In this document: in pieces, positions 53,776-64,000 of the stretch | Layout of the letters: each line of letters starts with the position of its first letter | Numbering within the stretch: position 1 is the stretch's first letter | Assembly (NCBI GenBank): GCA_011109175.1 | Contig: RDEW01000003.1 | Location: 975,071-1,039,070 of the forward strand | DNA: 64,000 nucleotides | Origin: Dicyema japonicum | Taxonomy: Eukaryota; Animalia; Dicyemida | Direction of reading: 5' to 3' | Program-made: the position numbers and the translations under genes | Notes under the pieces: model-generated | Database searches by the model: none | What the model saw: the letters and a program-made list of their open reading frames with translations, nothing else | Told to the model about the DNA's origin: nothing

Positions 53776-56067
53776 TTCGGATTATAAGTTTGTCAACGAC
53801 CATCCAGAGGAGTTCCCCTGGACGGCTCTTCCTACACATCCACACTTTTCCGGTGAAGACTCGGCATGTCAGGAGAATGCGGAGGGACGCATCGGAACAC
53901 TAGAAAAGATGCGGAGACTGTTGAGGGAGGCTGGGATCACTTGAAATTTTGTTTATTTTGAATATGACGGTGGTTTTGGTTGAATAAATTTAATTTAATA
54001 ATGTTGTGGAATCCTCCCTCTCCGTCCATCTAGATTATCGAGGTATTCCTGGATTCAACACTGTTGTAGATCCGGTGTTCAGGAAAATCGAGAAACTTAT
54101 AATAAATTTTTTATTGTTAGTTATTAAAAAATAAGATGAGTTCCAGTTTGACTTTGAGAGGGTGAGTTTGCAGTTTTCATATTATAGAAGAATAAATAGG
54201 ATGATGGGACATCGTTCAAATTATGAATTAGATGTTAGGAGATAATGTATTCTATTTTTTATTAATAAATCAAAAACAGGACAGAAAAATTTATTAAAGG
54301 CTATCTACCCATAATAATTCTGACCTGAAGGTGAACTCAGAAACAAGACAGAGAAAATTTTATTAAAGGCTATCGATAAAATTAGGGGGAAATTGACCCA
54401 CCGTAAACGTGTGGGAAGCGGTCTGGCTGAGGCAACGAATTGGGATTGCAGTTGTCCGCGGAAACGCTTACTCCGTTGTCAGCAGCCGTTCTTCCCCATA
54501 GTTAATAAATAATATTTTATTATTAAAAATAAAAAAATTAATAATAAAAAAATTAGAGGCTATCTACCCATAATAATTCTGACCTGAATATTATTGTACA
54601 TTCAGCTACTTATTGAAGTAAAAATCGAGTTTTAATGGAAATGGAATTTTAGTTGAAAATTGCATAAGCAATCATCGAAATGAACTACAGAGCAATTTAT
54701 CGGCATTTTATGTTAATATTGATGTACAAATCAATAAAATAGCGTAAGAAACTTATTTCACCCTAGAAGACGCAGCTAACATATTCAAAAATTGTTTTTC
54801 AGTAACGAAAATGCGGAATTAAGAAGTATCCGGAATATAGATTCTCTATTAATAAATTTTTGATTAATTAGTTAAAAGTTTATTTTTTTATTACGAAAAT
54901 AGAATTAAAAAACTTTTTAGATAAATTTGTCATAAGTCAAAAAGCTCAAAATTTTGAAATTTTAAAGTCAATAAAGTCAAAAAAGGTCAAAATTTCGAAT
55001 TTGTAAAGTCAAAAAATTGCCCTTTATTCTAATAATAACTCTCTCCGTCGACTGAGATTAACTCTGTTAGTTATCCTTTATAAAGACCTAAAAATACTTA
55101 AAGTGAGTTTAAAACCGCAGACGACATGGATTTTATGAGATCACTAGCGATCAATCGAGGAGCGTGGAAAATGCTGAAATTTGATATCATGTTTTGCACA
55201 TTCATGCCTATAAGTAGTATGGTCCACGTGTTATTATTTAATAATCAACCCCTTAGGCACTATCAAGCGAACCGTTCAGTAATTGCTTGGTAACAAAGTT
55301 TGGATCTGTTAGCTTCAAATGTAGGAAGTTTTCTCCACGAACAGGTGACTCACATGAAATCTAATCTCATCACTTAATGAAGTTGAAACGGCCAACCCGG
55401 GAATTGAAAATATGGGACGAGATTCTGCAGAGGCGCATCCTGATATTTCACTGATGACCTGAGGTTGTTAAGAATGACTTTCTTTTTGGTGACCAAATAT
55501 GGATAGATCCTATGCTGTCACGGTAATTGAACAAGTGAAGTGAAGGAACAGAGCAGAAGGGAAGAAACATCAGACCAAGTAGCCAATTACGAGAATCGAG
55601 TCCATTTAACATTGTTAATAAATAAGTTATTGTTTTTAAGGTTTATTTATTTAATATTGAAGCCTTGCAATCCTTTGAAATTAAAACTCTTAATAAGTTT
55701 TCGTCCTCTTTGGCAGACCCTACGCCCTTCAAGACCCCAGTGGTGGGGAACATCGAGCGAAAATGAGGTTTGGGATCTTTCTTAGTTTAATAGTGATTAT
55801 CGGTCTTTAAATAAATTCAATATACTGGAAAAAGTTTAGAGTTAATTTACGTCGTGTATTCAGTTCCCTGGTCGTAGTGAGACTTGATCCTTCAGACTTA
55901 CGTCCATCTATATCGCCATTGTGGGAACCCTTCCAGTAGAATAGGAAAGAGATAGATCCTTTTGGTTTTTCATGATATTTATAATAAGATAATTAAATTA
56001 AAATAATCAATTTTATTTAATTAATTTTGATAATAAAATACCGCTACTTGTTGTTTTTTGTTGCATT

Positions 56068-56657
56068 ATGTCACGTCATGATTCTCTCGAAAATTGCAAT
56101 CAAACAAGACAGTATAGAAGTAATTATGTAATTTTAATTAATAGACTCTCAACAGGATGGGAGCAAGGTAATGAAAATAATCAAATTAGAAGCCTGGTTA
56201 TGTCCCCCTTGCTCAAAGAGAAGCCAGTTTCTGGTACTCTAATCGAAATTGTATGATTTGTATGAACACTAGATCGAACATGTGATAAACTCAAACCGAC
56301 TATTCCTCAAGAATTCAACTTTTCGTCCATCAGGACGAAAAGAGGTCAAGTTAAGAGTACTCGAGAATTGGAAGATGATGAGTTAAAGTATTGATTTAAG
56401 AAACACTAAGGAAACAATTCAAGGCGAATCCTCTGAATAAAAAGATCCTAAACACTGCGTATGTACCCCCAAAACCTGCACCCAAACCCACCATTTATAA
56501 GCCTTCCAGTTCTACAGTAAAGGATACTACCAATAGGAATCAGACAGTATATAAGGCTAAGCCTGTTCCCAGATCTTTATATAAGGCACAAGAACTGCCA
56601 GTTAGAAATCCAAAAAAATTGACTATGCCCGAGACACCAACATATGCTAGAAAATAG
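56068..56657 (+). CDS. TPX2: TPX2 homologue, 165 aa, four mini-introns
   Basis: Introns 56120-56144 (25), 56168-56189 (22), 56251-56272 (22) and 56388-56410 (23) yield an intact 498-nt CDS. Motifs YVPLAQ, TIPQEFNF, KSTRELEDDELKKQFKANPLNKKIL and YKAKPVP...KKLTMPETP resemble TPX2 motifs recalled from the human protein (YVPLAQQVEDF, KSTAELEAEEL...FKARELDPRIL, LTVPVSP). Confidence 0.85.
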
Positions 56658-57740
56658 ATTTAGTGATTATATTTGGCTTTCCTTTATTTTCCATTAAATT
56701 TGAACGTTTATTTGAATTATTTTGTTGTGGTGTGTTTTGGGGATTTTTCCTGGGCAGGTAGCTTAGTGGCAAAGCGCTTCCAATGAACTTTTGGGTAACA
56801 TTGGAGGCTTCTACACCTGTTTTAAGAACCAGGTCGTTGGGATCTCTTATTATAACAACTTCGTTCAGATTCCTGTGGGTAGCTTTATCAGTCTATTGTT
56901 GAATTATGTTACGAGTCATACAATATGTTGCTGCGTAAAGGTGCAGTGTAAACGAGGACGAATACACAAATTTACTATTCTCTTTTGAATAAACCATGAG
57001 ATAACTTGATGATGTCATTAATAATCGAAATGTAAGCGAATTGAAAAAATACGAAGCGCTACGCGATCGATTCACATTGTACCCCATTGTTGTGGAGACA
57101 ACTGGAGGAATAAGTGGGAAATCGCTTCATTTCTTAAAGAAACTTGGACGCCTGGCTACACTGAAAAGTCACGACGCACGTGAGACTCAGTAGCTTCTCC
57201 AGTTGATCTATGTTGCGATCGCGAGAGGCAACTCAATGTCGATTATGTCGGCGAAGACCACTTTTGATTGATTTTTTGCGTTTTAATAATTATCTGAATT
57301 ATATTGGTATAATTATTTTCTATTTTTTGTGCTTCTATTTTTTTAATCGTTTATAACAGCGATTCTCAACCAGATCAAAAACAAATAAGATTCTATCTGA
57401 GACAGTACTTTCATGGCATTTAAACTCTTAATACATGTAATGTAGTAGAACCGTTAATAAGGCTAAAAATCATATCTTCTACGTATTCAAGACAACAAAC
57501 AAACCTTTGCGAACAATGGCTATTTTTTTGGAATCCGAATAGTGTAACTGGACGAGTTTGATGTGCTACGTTGCTGTTATAACTACATCCTGTACATAGT
57601 TGGCAAAAGACACAAAAACGTGATGAAAAAGGATATCTCGAAACTTGTATACATTCTCTTATGCATTCAAATCCTTACTCTTTATTGGTTTAAATGCTGT
57701 GCTTAAATCATAGCACTGAAGAACTTTACATGGTTTTTGT
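56647..57740 (-). CDS. Probable mini-intron gene of unknown product, with a CRE-like fragment inside
   Basis: GT-AG introns 57658-78 (21), 57566-86 (21), 57479-504 (26) and 56893-921 (29) restore open frames; terminal exon has 81 open codons ending at TAG 56647. The link across 57005-57270 is not resolved. Confidence 0.45.
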
Positions 57741-57751
57741 TACGGGAAAAG

Positions 57752-57854
57752 ACCGGTTGGCACAGTGGCCGGATGGCGCAGCCCCTAGTTCAAATCTTGC
57801 CGTTGTACATTCTGGCTGAAAGTTCTACGCATCTACGATACTTTGGCTTGACGA
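57752..57854 (+). mobile_element. SINE 5' part (tRNA head + core), truncated
   Basis: TGGCACAGTGG A-box, GTTCAAATC B-box, core AAAGTTCTACGCATCTACGATACTTTGGCTTGACGAG. Confidence 0.7.
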
Positions 57855-58399
57855 GGTTCAGGTGAAACTTGCGAAGAGCACTCAAGATCAAAGTAGCCCG
57901 CCTCATAACGAGGAAACTACTCTTGGAGTTGAAAGTGACTCCAAGGTTGATCATCCTATCCGTGACTGCTATCGGAACCTCATAGACAGTCATTAAAAGC
58001 ATTAGAATATTATACCGCTCAAGGAAACTAAAAGCTAACAACTTGATTTTAACCCAGACACGCAACATGCCTTCCAAGATCCAGCTTCTTAGTTCCAGGG
58101 AAATACAAACTTCAGAGGGCGCATCGGAGGCCATCATGACAGACCGAGTCGAAAGTTTACTTTACATCAAGAAAAATGCTACGGTTCACTGCTTTAGCAC
58201 GGCCTGGCGACGTATCTAAACATTCAACGGCCAGAAGAAGTTATCACAGAATAGCCCCTCACGGAACACCGTCTGAATGTCCGAGAAAATTTTTTTATTA
58301 AGCATTCCTAGCCAATCTCTGCCAATCGCTCTTTCTAAGATTTAGCTATAAAAGGAAACAGGCTAATAAGGTAGCACAAAAACGAAGGAACGCTTCTGC

Positions 58400-58950
58400 C
58401 CACGTGAACCTACAAGCTAAAGGACCTACTGACGTTTAGACCTACAGGGTAAAGGACCTAATGGCGGGTAACTGCTTAAGGACGACCACTGGCTGGCTAC
58501 TGGAGGACAGGACCAGGGTTCAAAAAGGACAGAGTAATAGGAGGGGAGACTGGAAGCCATAAAAACTTCTAACTCTCTAATCCTATTTTTGCTAATAAAG
58601 TGTTACGGTTTACGGTTTTAAGGTAACAGCTAACAGGGTCTTCCTGAAGTTTTTCTGATTTCCGTACAAAAAAGTTCCGTTGCCTTCAAAAACCTTGCCA
58701 AGATATCGAACAACTCTGATTTGGTATTCTGTCAGACACAGATGTTTTTTGATCTAATTGCCTCTAAAAGCCTCTTTGCCTATAGCCAATAACCCATCGC
58801 TTAAGTCCACCCGAAATTAAGTTATTTTGCGTCCTTCAGCTGAGATAACATACGGACACAAACTGGAAGATCTCTCGACAAAATCACCCCTCCGCAGGCT
58901 CACTACCACCTCTTCTCTCCAGGTCCACAAAATCATTTTTAATCTCTCGT
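58400..58950. mobile_element. Possible LTR and integrase C-terminal relic
   Basis: AATAAA and a ...GTAACA end near 58628; the adjacent minus frame RRGDFV...PYVI...FRVDLSDG resembles the Gypsy integrase C-terminus. No PBS or PPT seen. Confidence 0.25.
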
Positions 58951-59652
58951 TGGAGAGCGTTGATCTTCTGGCTAACCTAAATGGGCATTGTTTCTTCTTA
59001 ACTCATCTGGAAAAAGAGTGGACGCAAAAAACATGGGCATTGTTTCTTCTGAACTCGTGACGAGAGATGGTCTCCACCAATGGAAGAAGACGCAAGGTTT
59101 TCAGTTAGGTTGAGTTATTTTCTCGATCCTTGAAGAAAAAAATGCAAAGTTACAGGCGGATATTTTATCGCCAGAAAAAGATTCAATGGTACAGCTTGTT
59201 GTTCATGCAACAGGGAGAGAAAGCACTTGCACTTGCTTCAGATGTCGGCCAGGCTATGTCAACTTTTTGAACAGATAATCACTTGACGCCTTTAAGAGTT
59301 AAAAAATGCAAAGAATAGATAGGAATTCTTCGACCATGTAGCGGTTTACGAATCGAACCCAAACCTAATCGCGACGTTACTGACCACAAAAAGTCATAAG
59401 AATTACCTTGAAAAAAAATTACCTTGAAATAATCATCTTATAATCTTGTTTATGACCTTAGTTGCATATTGATCCTCTCGAGATATTTTATGCAGCGTTG
59501 CCTTTCATGATAGTAACGGAGATTAACTGGATGAGCCATTGAGTTATAAGTAGCCAGATGTTCTAGTCTCATAAAAAAGATATAACTAACTAATCCAAGG
59601 AAGGAACCAAAAGGAGAACATCTGCTTGTGCCGACCAAACCCATCTTCCAAT

Positions 59653-59791
59653 ACTTCATTACAGACTTCCGCTTCCGAAGAGAAGTGGAGAAGTTTACTT
59701 TATTACAGGCTTCCGCTTCCGAATAGAAGTAGAGAAGTATTACTTCATTATAGGCTTCCGCTTCCGAAGAGAAGTGGAGAAGTATTACTTC
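59653..59791. repeat. ~45-bp minisatellite, three copies, each with a hairpin
   Basis: Units start at 59653, 59697 and 59742; core CCGCTTC-CGAAGA-GAAGTGG. Confidence 0.85.
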
Positions 59792-60268
59792 TATCCTTGA
59801 AGAGATTTCCTTCTATTATCTCTGCATCACTAATTATGACCCAATATATATAATTATCATGTTTAAGTTATTACTGTATATCTTCACGACATAAATGACG
59901 TCATCACGTTAACTATAGAGATTAACTGGAGGTAGCACTGTGGTTCACACATCACAGATTTACTATATTACATTCAGTAGAAATATCAATGGACTATTAC
60001 CATTCCTATCTTTGTGTAAACTATCGAAGATCTCTGCGACATTTGTTAATAACTCCTTTATCAATTTCTTTTCAAATCGCTACAGAGGTTTCGAAAACGA
60101 GTATTTATACAGGTTCCTTTGCTTGGCAGAGTCGGCATTTGGTCAGTCAGAAGATTAAGTCCACAGTGTGTAGATTAAGTCCCATATGGGAGTACAATTA
60201 GAAAAATGACAAGTAAGAAATAAGGATGTTGAGATAATAGAAATTTAGATTTTTTAGAATAAATAAAA

Positions 60269-60341
60269 CTCCCCCGCTGGGAATCGAACCCAGGTCACCG
60301 CGATGACAACGCGGTATACTAAACCACTATACTACAGGGGA
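60269..60341 (-). tRNA. tRNA-Asp (GTC), second copy
   Basis: 73 nt; identical to 44604-44675 except an extra T in the D-loop and acceptor pair 6:67 U-G instead of G-U; T-run terminator. Confidence 0.9.
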
Positions 60342-60834
60342 CATAATTTAGTCCATTAGGAACATGCACAAAATGTAAAATATTCCTTGCAGTTTTAAAA
60401 ACCCTCCATTTGAGTGAGGGTGAGCAAACGATTTTTTCCGCCCAAGCCTGGCTCTGGGAGACAGATGAGACATTAAACCAGACCCATATATACTTAATCA
60501 AATTGCATAAAAAAGTTATTGGCTCGTATTTTTCACGTCGATGCTCTACATCTTCTGTATTTTTATATTATGAATCCCAAACCATTAAGTTATTGAGTCG
60601 AGATGGTGCCGGATATTTCCGGATTCGAATCTCGATGATGTATGTTACGCGTTTTTATGAAGCTTTGGGTATGGCGAGTGACACCGTCATCAGCAAAAAC
60701 TTCACTACGGAATCGGATCATCTCCAAAGACTCAAACTAAACAAACAGAAAAAAGAAGTTAACAAAATTCCTTGTTTCCCTTTCTACGATTAGTTATCAT
60801 AATTGTTCTTTACTTTAATAAAGCGTGTGTCCTA

Positions 60835-61173
60835 TCAGTGCTGAGCTATATGTATTATGGTTATAGAGGAATGTGTTGTGTTTTTTCCTCCTGTATTATC
60901 ATGGACTTTATTTTGAAATTGCTCGAGTTTTTTGAAACTCGTTAAATATATAAAATTTGATCCTAAATATCTAACTCGTAGGGGTTTAATGGCTTTTGAG
61001 TGTAACCAGACGTCCCAGTCTCTTAGAAAAGATTCATGGTTCCTTACAAGTACCGCTATGTGCTTCTTTAATACCCACTTTCGATGTTGGAAACAGTTTA
61101 TTATTGTTGAGTCTTGATTTTTTCCATGTACAAAATCAATTCGCTGATATTGACCACGTGGGCTTGTCCACAA
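60835..61173 (-). mobile_element. RTE-type APE C-terminal fragment
   Basis: WTSPRGQYQRIDFV...IINCF...H motif. Confidence 0.6.
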
Positions 61174-61229
61174 GATAGAAGAAATCGAAAAATTTCGATT
61201 CTCTAAAAAGTGTCATAATGAGTTTTCTA

Positions 61230-62740
61230 AAGTTTGAATTAAGACGGAAGTCCTGAAACCAAAACACCCGGATGCCAATCCTCCGTTTTTTGAGTGGCCC
61301 GGACAAACACAAATTCACCAGCATTCAGGTTCCGCAAATATGTAAGCCCTCAGCCAAAACACCGTCCAATCGAAAACTCGAGTAGAGAAATCCGAGTAGC
61401 TTTACGGATGGTTGCTTCGGATGATACAGTACTTTCTCTGTCCCCGACTGTTCTTGAGACGGTAAGAAGGAAACATCCAAACCCTCCGGACGACCTTTAC
61501 ATACCGACTACTCTTGAAACCACTTTAAAAATATCTATCAACATGAGAGATGTGCGACTCGGGATTGCATCGTTTGCTGTCAGTAGCAGCGGAGGACTGG
61601 ATGGACTACGTCCGGGCCATATCAAGGATCTGACGTCTGGTCCTACAGCTGAGACAGGACATAATCTCATCAAGTCGATCCGTATAATCAATGGGGATAT
61701 TCCATCACATGCATGGGACCTTCTCTTCTCTGCCCACCTACAGGCTTCAACAAGAGTGATGGAGGAGTCCGTCCAATTGGAGTTATAAACTATTTCCGAA
61801 GATTGGCTGCGAAAATTGCTTCCAGGCTTGTGTCTTCAAGGATCAGTGTGGAATTATCCCCAACCCAACTGGGTGTAGGTGTACGTAACGGTGGTGTGAG
61901 CTCATTCCCATTGTCAATCTCCCATACGGATCAAATTCCTCTCTGGTTTTTGGGGATGAAATCATCAAGTCTCAGTTCCGGAGTACAGCAAGAAGACCCG
62001 TTAGGGCCACTCCTCTGCATTCGTTCCGTCGATACGGAACTCAATCTCTGGTATCTCGATGACTGAACAATTGGAGGACGTGGGGAAATGTTTATGGAAA
62101 TCAACATAAAGAATCGGAATTCATCAATATTTCATACTTGAAAAACGATTTATTCCGCGTGCAGAAATATTTAACAGTTTATTACCGGGCATATCCGTCG
62201 TCTCCCGTGAGCAATTCTATTTTCTTGGATGCCCACTCGACAATGCATATTTACAAAAACACCTTCAGTCAAAAGCGGAAGAGCTTTCTCTCTTTACAAA
62301 AGACTTGCTATTCTGGACTCCCACACATCTTTTTTTCATGAGGAGAAGTTATGTTTGCCGAAATTGGAATACCCTCTGCGGAGTTCCCCGTGCTTCGGCC
62401 ATCGAGATTTGCTACTGAGCCTGGATCAGACGTTGAGGCAAAAAGTCGAGTCACTACTGAATTTACGTTTTGACGAACTGGGTTAGACACAATGCAAACT
62501 TCATTCAAGTCTCGAAGGAGTTGCCTAAGATCTGCTTTCAGAGATCGCCCATCCGGCATACCTATCGTCGCTTTCAAGCTGCAGTCATCTCGGCCAGGAA
62601 ATCTTACGTCACCTTACTAGACTTTCCTAGGACACAGTATTTGACGAAGCTTGCAGTGGAGGGAAGCAGTATTTTCAATCCTAGATGATGTCTCGAATCA
62701 GAACAAATGGGACGCAATTTCCTGCAATGCTATCTATCGT
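61230..62740 (+). mobile_element. CRE-like non-LTR RT region, frameshifted
   Basis: SSGGLDGLRPGHIKDL, GGVRPIGV...RRLAAK, PTQLGVGVRNG, SGVQQEDPLGPL, WYLDD. Confidence 0.85.
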
Positions 62741-62966
62741 TGATGTCCTATTTATTTTTTAACCCCGGACACCGAGAAAAAAGTTAAAGTAAACAACCAA
62801 TTAAGTGTATCCACTTTCCACTTCTACAGAAACAGAGTCCTTCCGGAATCAGCATAAAAGAAAAAAGACGTCCATATGTGCAGTTGTGGAAACCTCTCCA
62901 GTGGAGTGGGGGATAGCAAATGATCCCTTTACCTGGACAGGTGGATCACATAACGACACTCTAATA

Positions 62967-63917
62967 CAGAGCTTTTCAAAAATAATTCTCGCGACACACT
63001 AATCGTAAAAAAAATAATCCACGGCACACATTAAAAAATAAAAAAAATTAAATTTTTAAGATGTGTAAAACTAAGTACAAAAATTGGTAATTTAATGCCC
63101 AAATTTTTATTAATAAAAAAATGAATTCTTAATTATTATTGTTTTTGCATATATCATCAATATCAGGTCGAATGGTTGACAAAGGCACTCGCATTTCAGC
63201 ACAAATCCGACGAGAAACAGTATTATCTGACAAAGGTATCTTCATTATTTTTTGTTCATATTTATGACCAAACATAGTCCGAGCAATAATACGACAAGCA
63301 GGGATTATCAAGTTTTCGCCAATAATGTGAGGTTTTAGTTGTTTTGCTATCACTTCTGAGATCAGGTATGAACATTTCAATGATTCCTTTGTGTTTAAAA
63401 AAGTTTCACTGAACATCAGATCTACGATTCATAGTAAAAACTAAATAATACTTAAGTTGTTTTTTTCAAATGGATAAAATAATCCACAGATTTTTCGGAA
63501 TAGTCCGGATGCTTGGAAGTAAAATGTCTCTTTAGTTTGCTAGGAACCATAGCATCACTTGCCAAAACTTCCATGCAAATTAGACATTGAGGTAGTTTAT
63601 TTTTATCTTTGCATATAAATCCAAATGACAAATAAGAATCTTTATAAGAACGACGAACTGATTTACCCATAAGCACGTTGATGCGCACGTTATTAAAAAA
63701 ATTAATAAATAATGGTTAACCAATGTAAATGTCATTTAATGTATAATAAAAATAATTATTTTAATTTTAGTAATTATTTTAATTCGTTTATCTTTTTAAA
63801 TTAATTAGGTCAAAAATGTATATAAATTTATTCAAATTTGTATTTGGCAGGCGGCACACTAGAAATTGTCTTGCGGCACACTTAGTGTGCCGCGGCACAC
63901 CCGTTTGACAACCTCTG
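62967..63917 (-). mobile_element. Internally deleted hAT (Buster/Charlie-type) transposon with both TIRs and 8-bp TSD
   Basis: TSD CTCTAATA at 62959-62966 and 63918-63925; TIRs CAGAGGTTGTCAAAC and CAGAGCTTTTCAAAA; subterminal GTGTGCCGC repeats; BED-like PQCLICMEVLASDAMVPSKLKRHFTSKH, then KPHIIGENLIIPA...PLSDNTVSRRI fused directly to C-terminal MRVPLSTIRPDI. Confidence 0.95.
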
Positions 63918-64000
63918 CTCTAATAGAAGAGAGAGGAAAAACAGACAAACAAACATAAAACTTAAACCAATTAGCCACGCAGCACTACATGGCCCTGGGC

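Noticed and set aside
55380-55470. CTGATGA and GAAAC words suggesting a hammerhead ribozyme
   Set aside because: Could not form the three required stems or place a cleavage triplet.
56752-56825. tRNA-like 5' half (GGGCAGGTAGCTTAGTGGCAAAGCG) with a hairpin; also considered as an SL RNA
   Set aside because: No T-arm/B-box or canonical anticodon loop, and it lies antisense to an 81-codon open exon that explains the sequence.

Overview
AT-rich eukaryotic nuclear DNA from a gapped draft assembly. Most of the window is decayed transposons: RTE, jockey/I-like and RLE-type (CRE-like and R4/Dong-like) non-LTR retroelements, a tRNA-derived SINE, a hAT-Buster element with intact ends, and pogo and integrase relics. 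The main result, invisible in the ORF track, is five host genes split by ultra-short spliceosomal introns (20-30 nt; GT-AG, one GC-AG). I reconstructed them by hand: an EML/EMAP-like HELP+WD40 gene (46627-49744 +), a miniaturised 165-aa TPX2 homologue (56068-56657 +), a type-I membrane glycoprotein (30564-31723 -), a 164-aa orphan (37660-38229 -) and a less certain gene overlapping the TPX2 3' end (56647-57740 -). Two tRNA-Asp(GTC) genes are present. The standard genetic code fits all models. Dense 20-30-nt introns plus animal-type TPX2/EML suggest a reduced parasite such as a dicyemid mesozoan; this is inference and the organism is not proven. Family names come from recognised motifs, not database searches. 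I found no convincing new enzymatic system. The best leads are the minimal-intron gene architecture and a SINE/RTE pair sharing a structurally conserved 3' hairpin.
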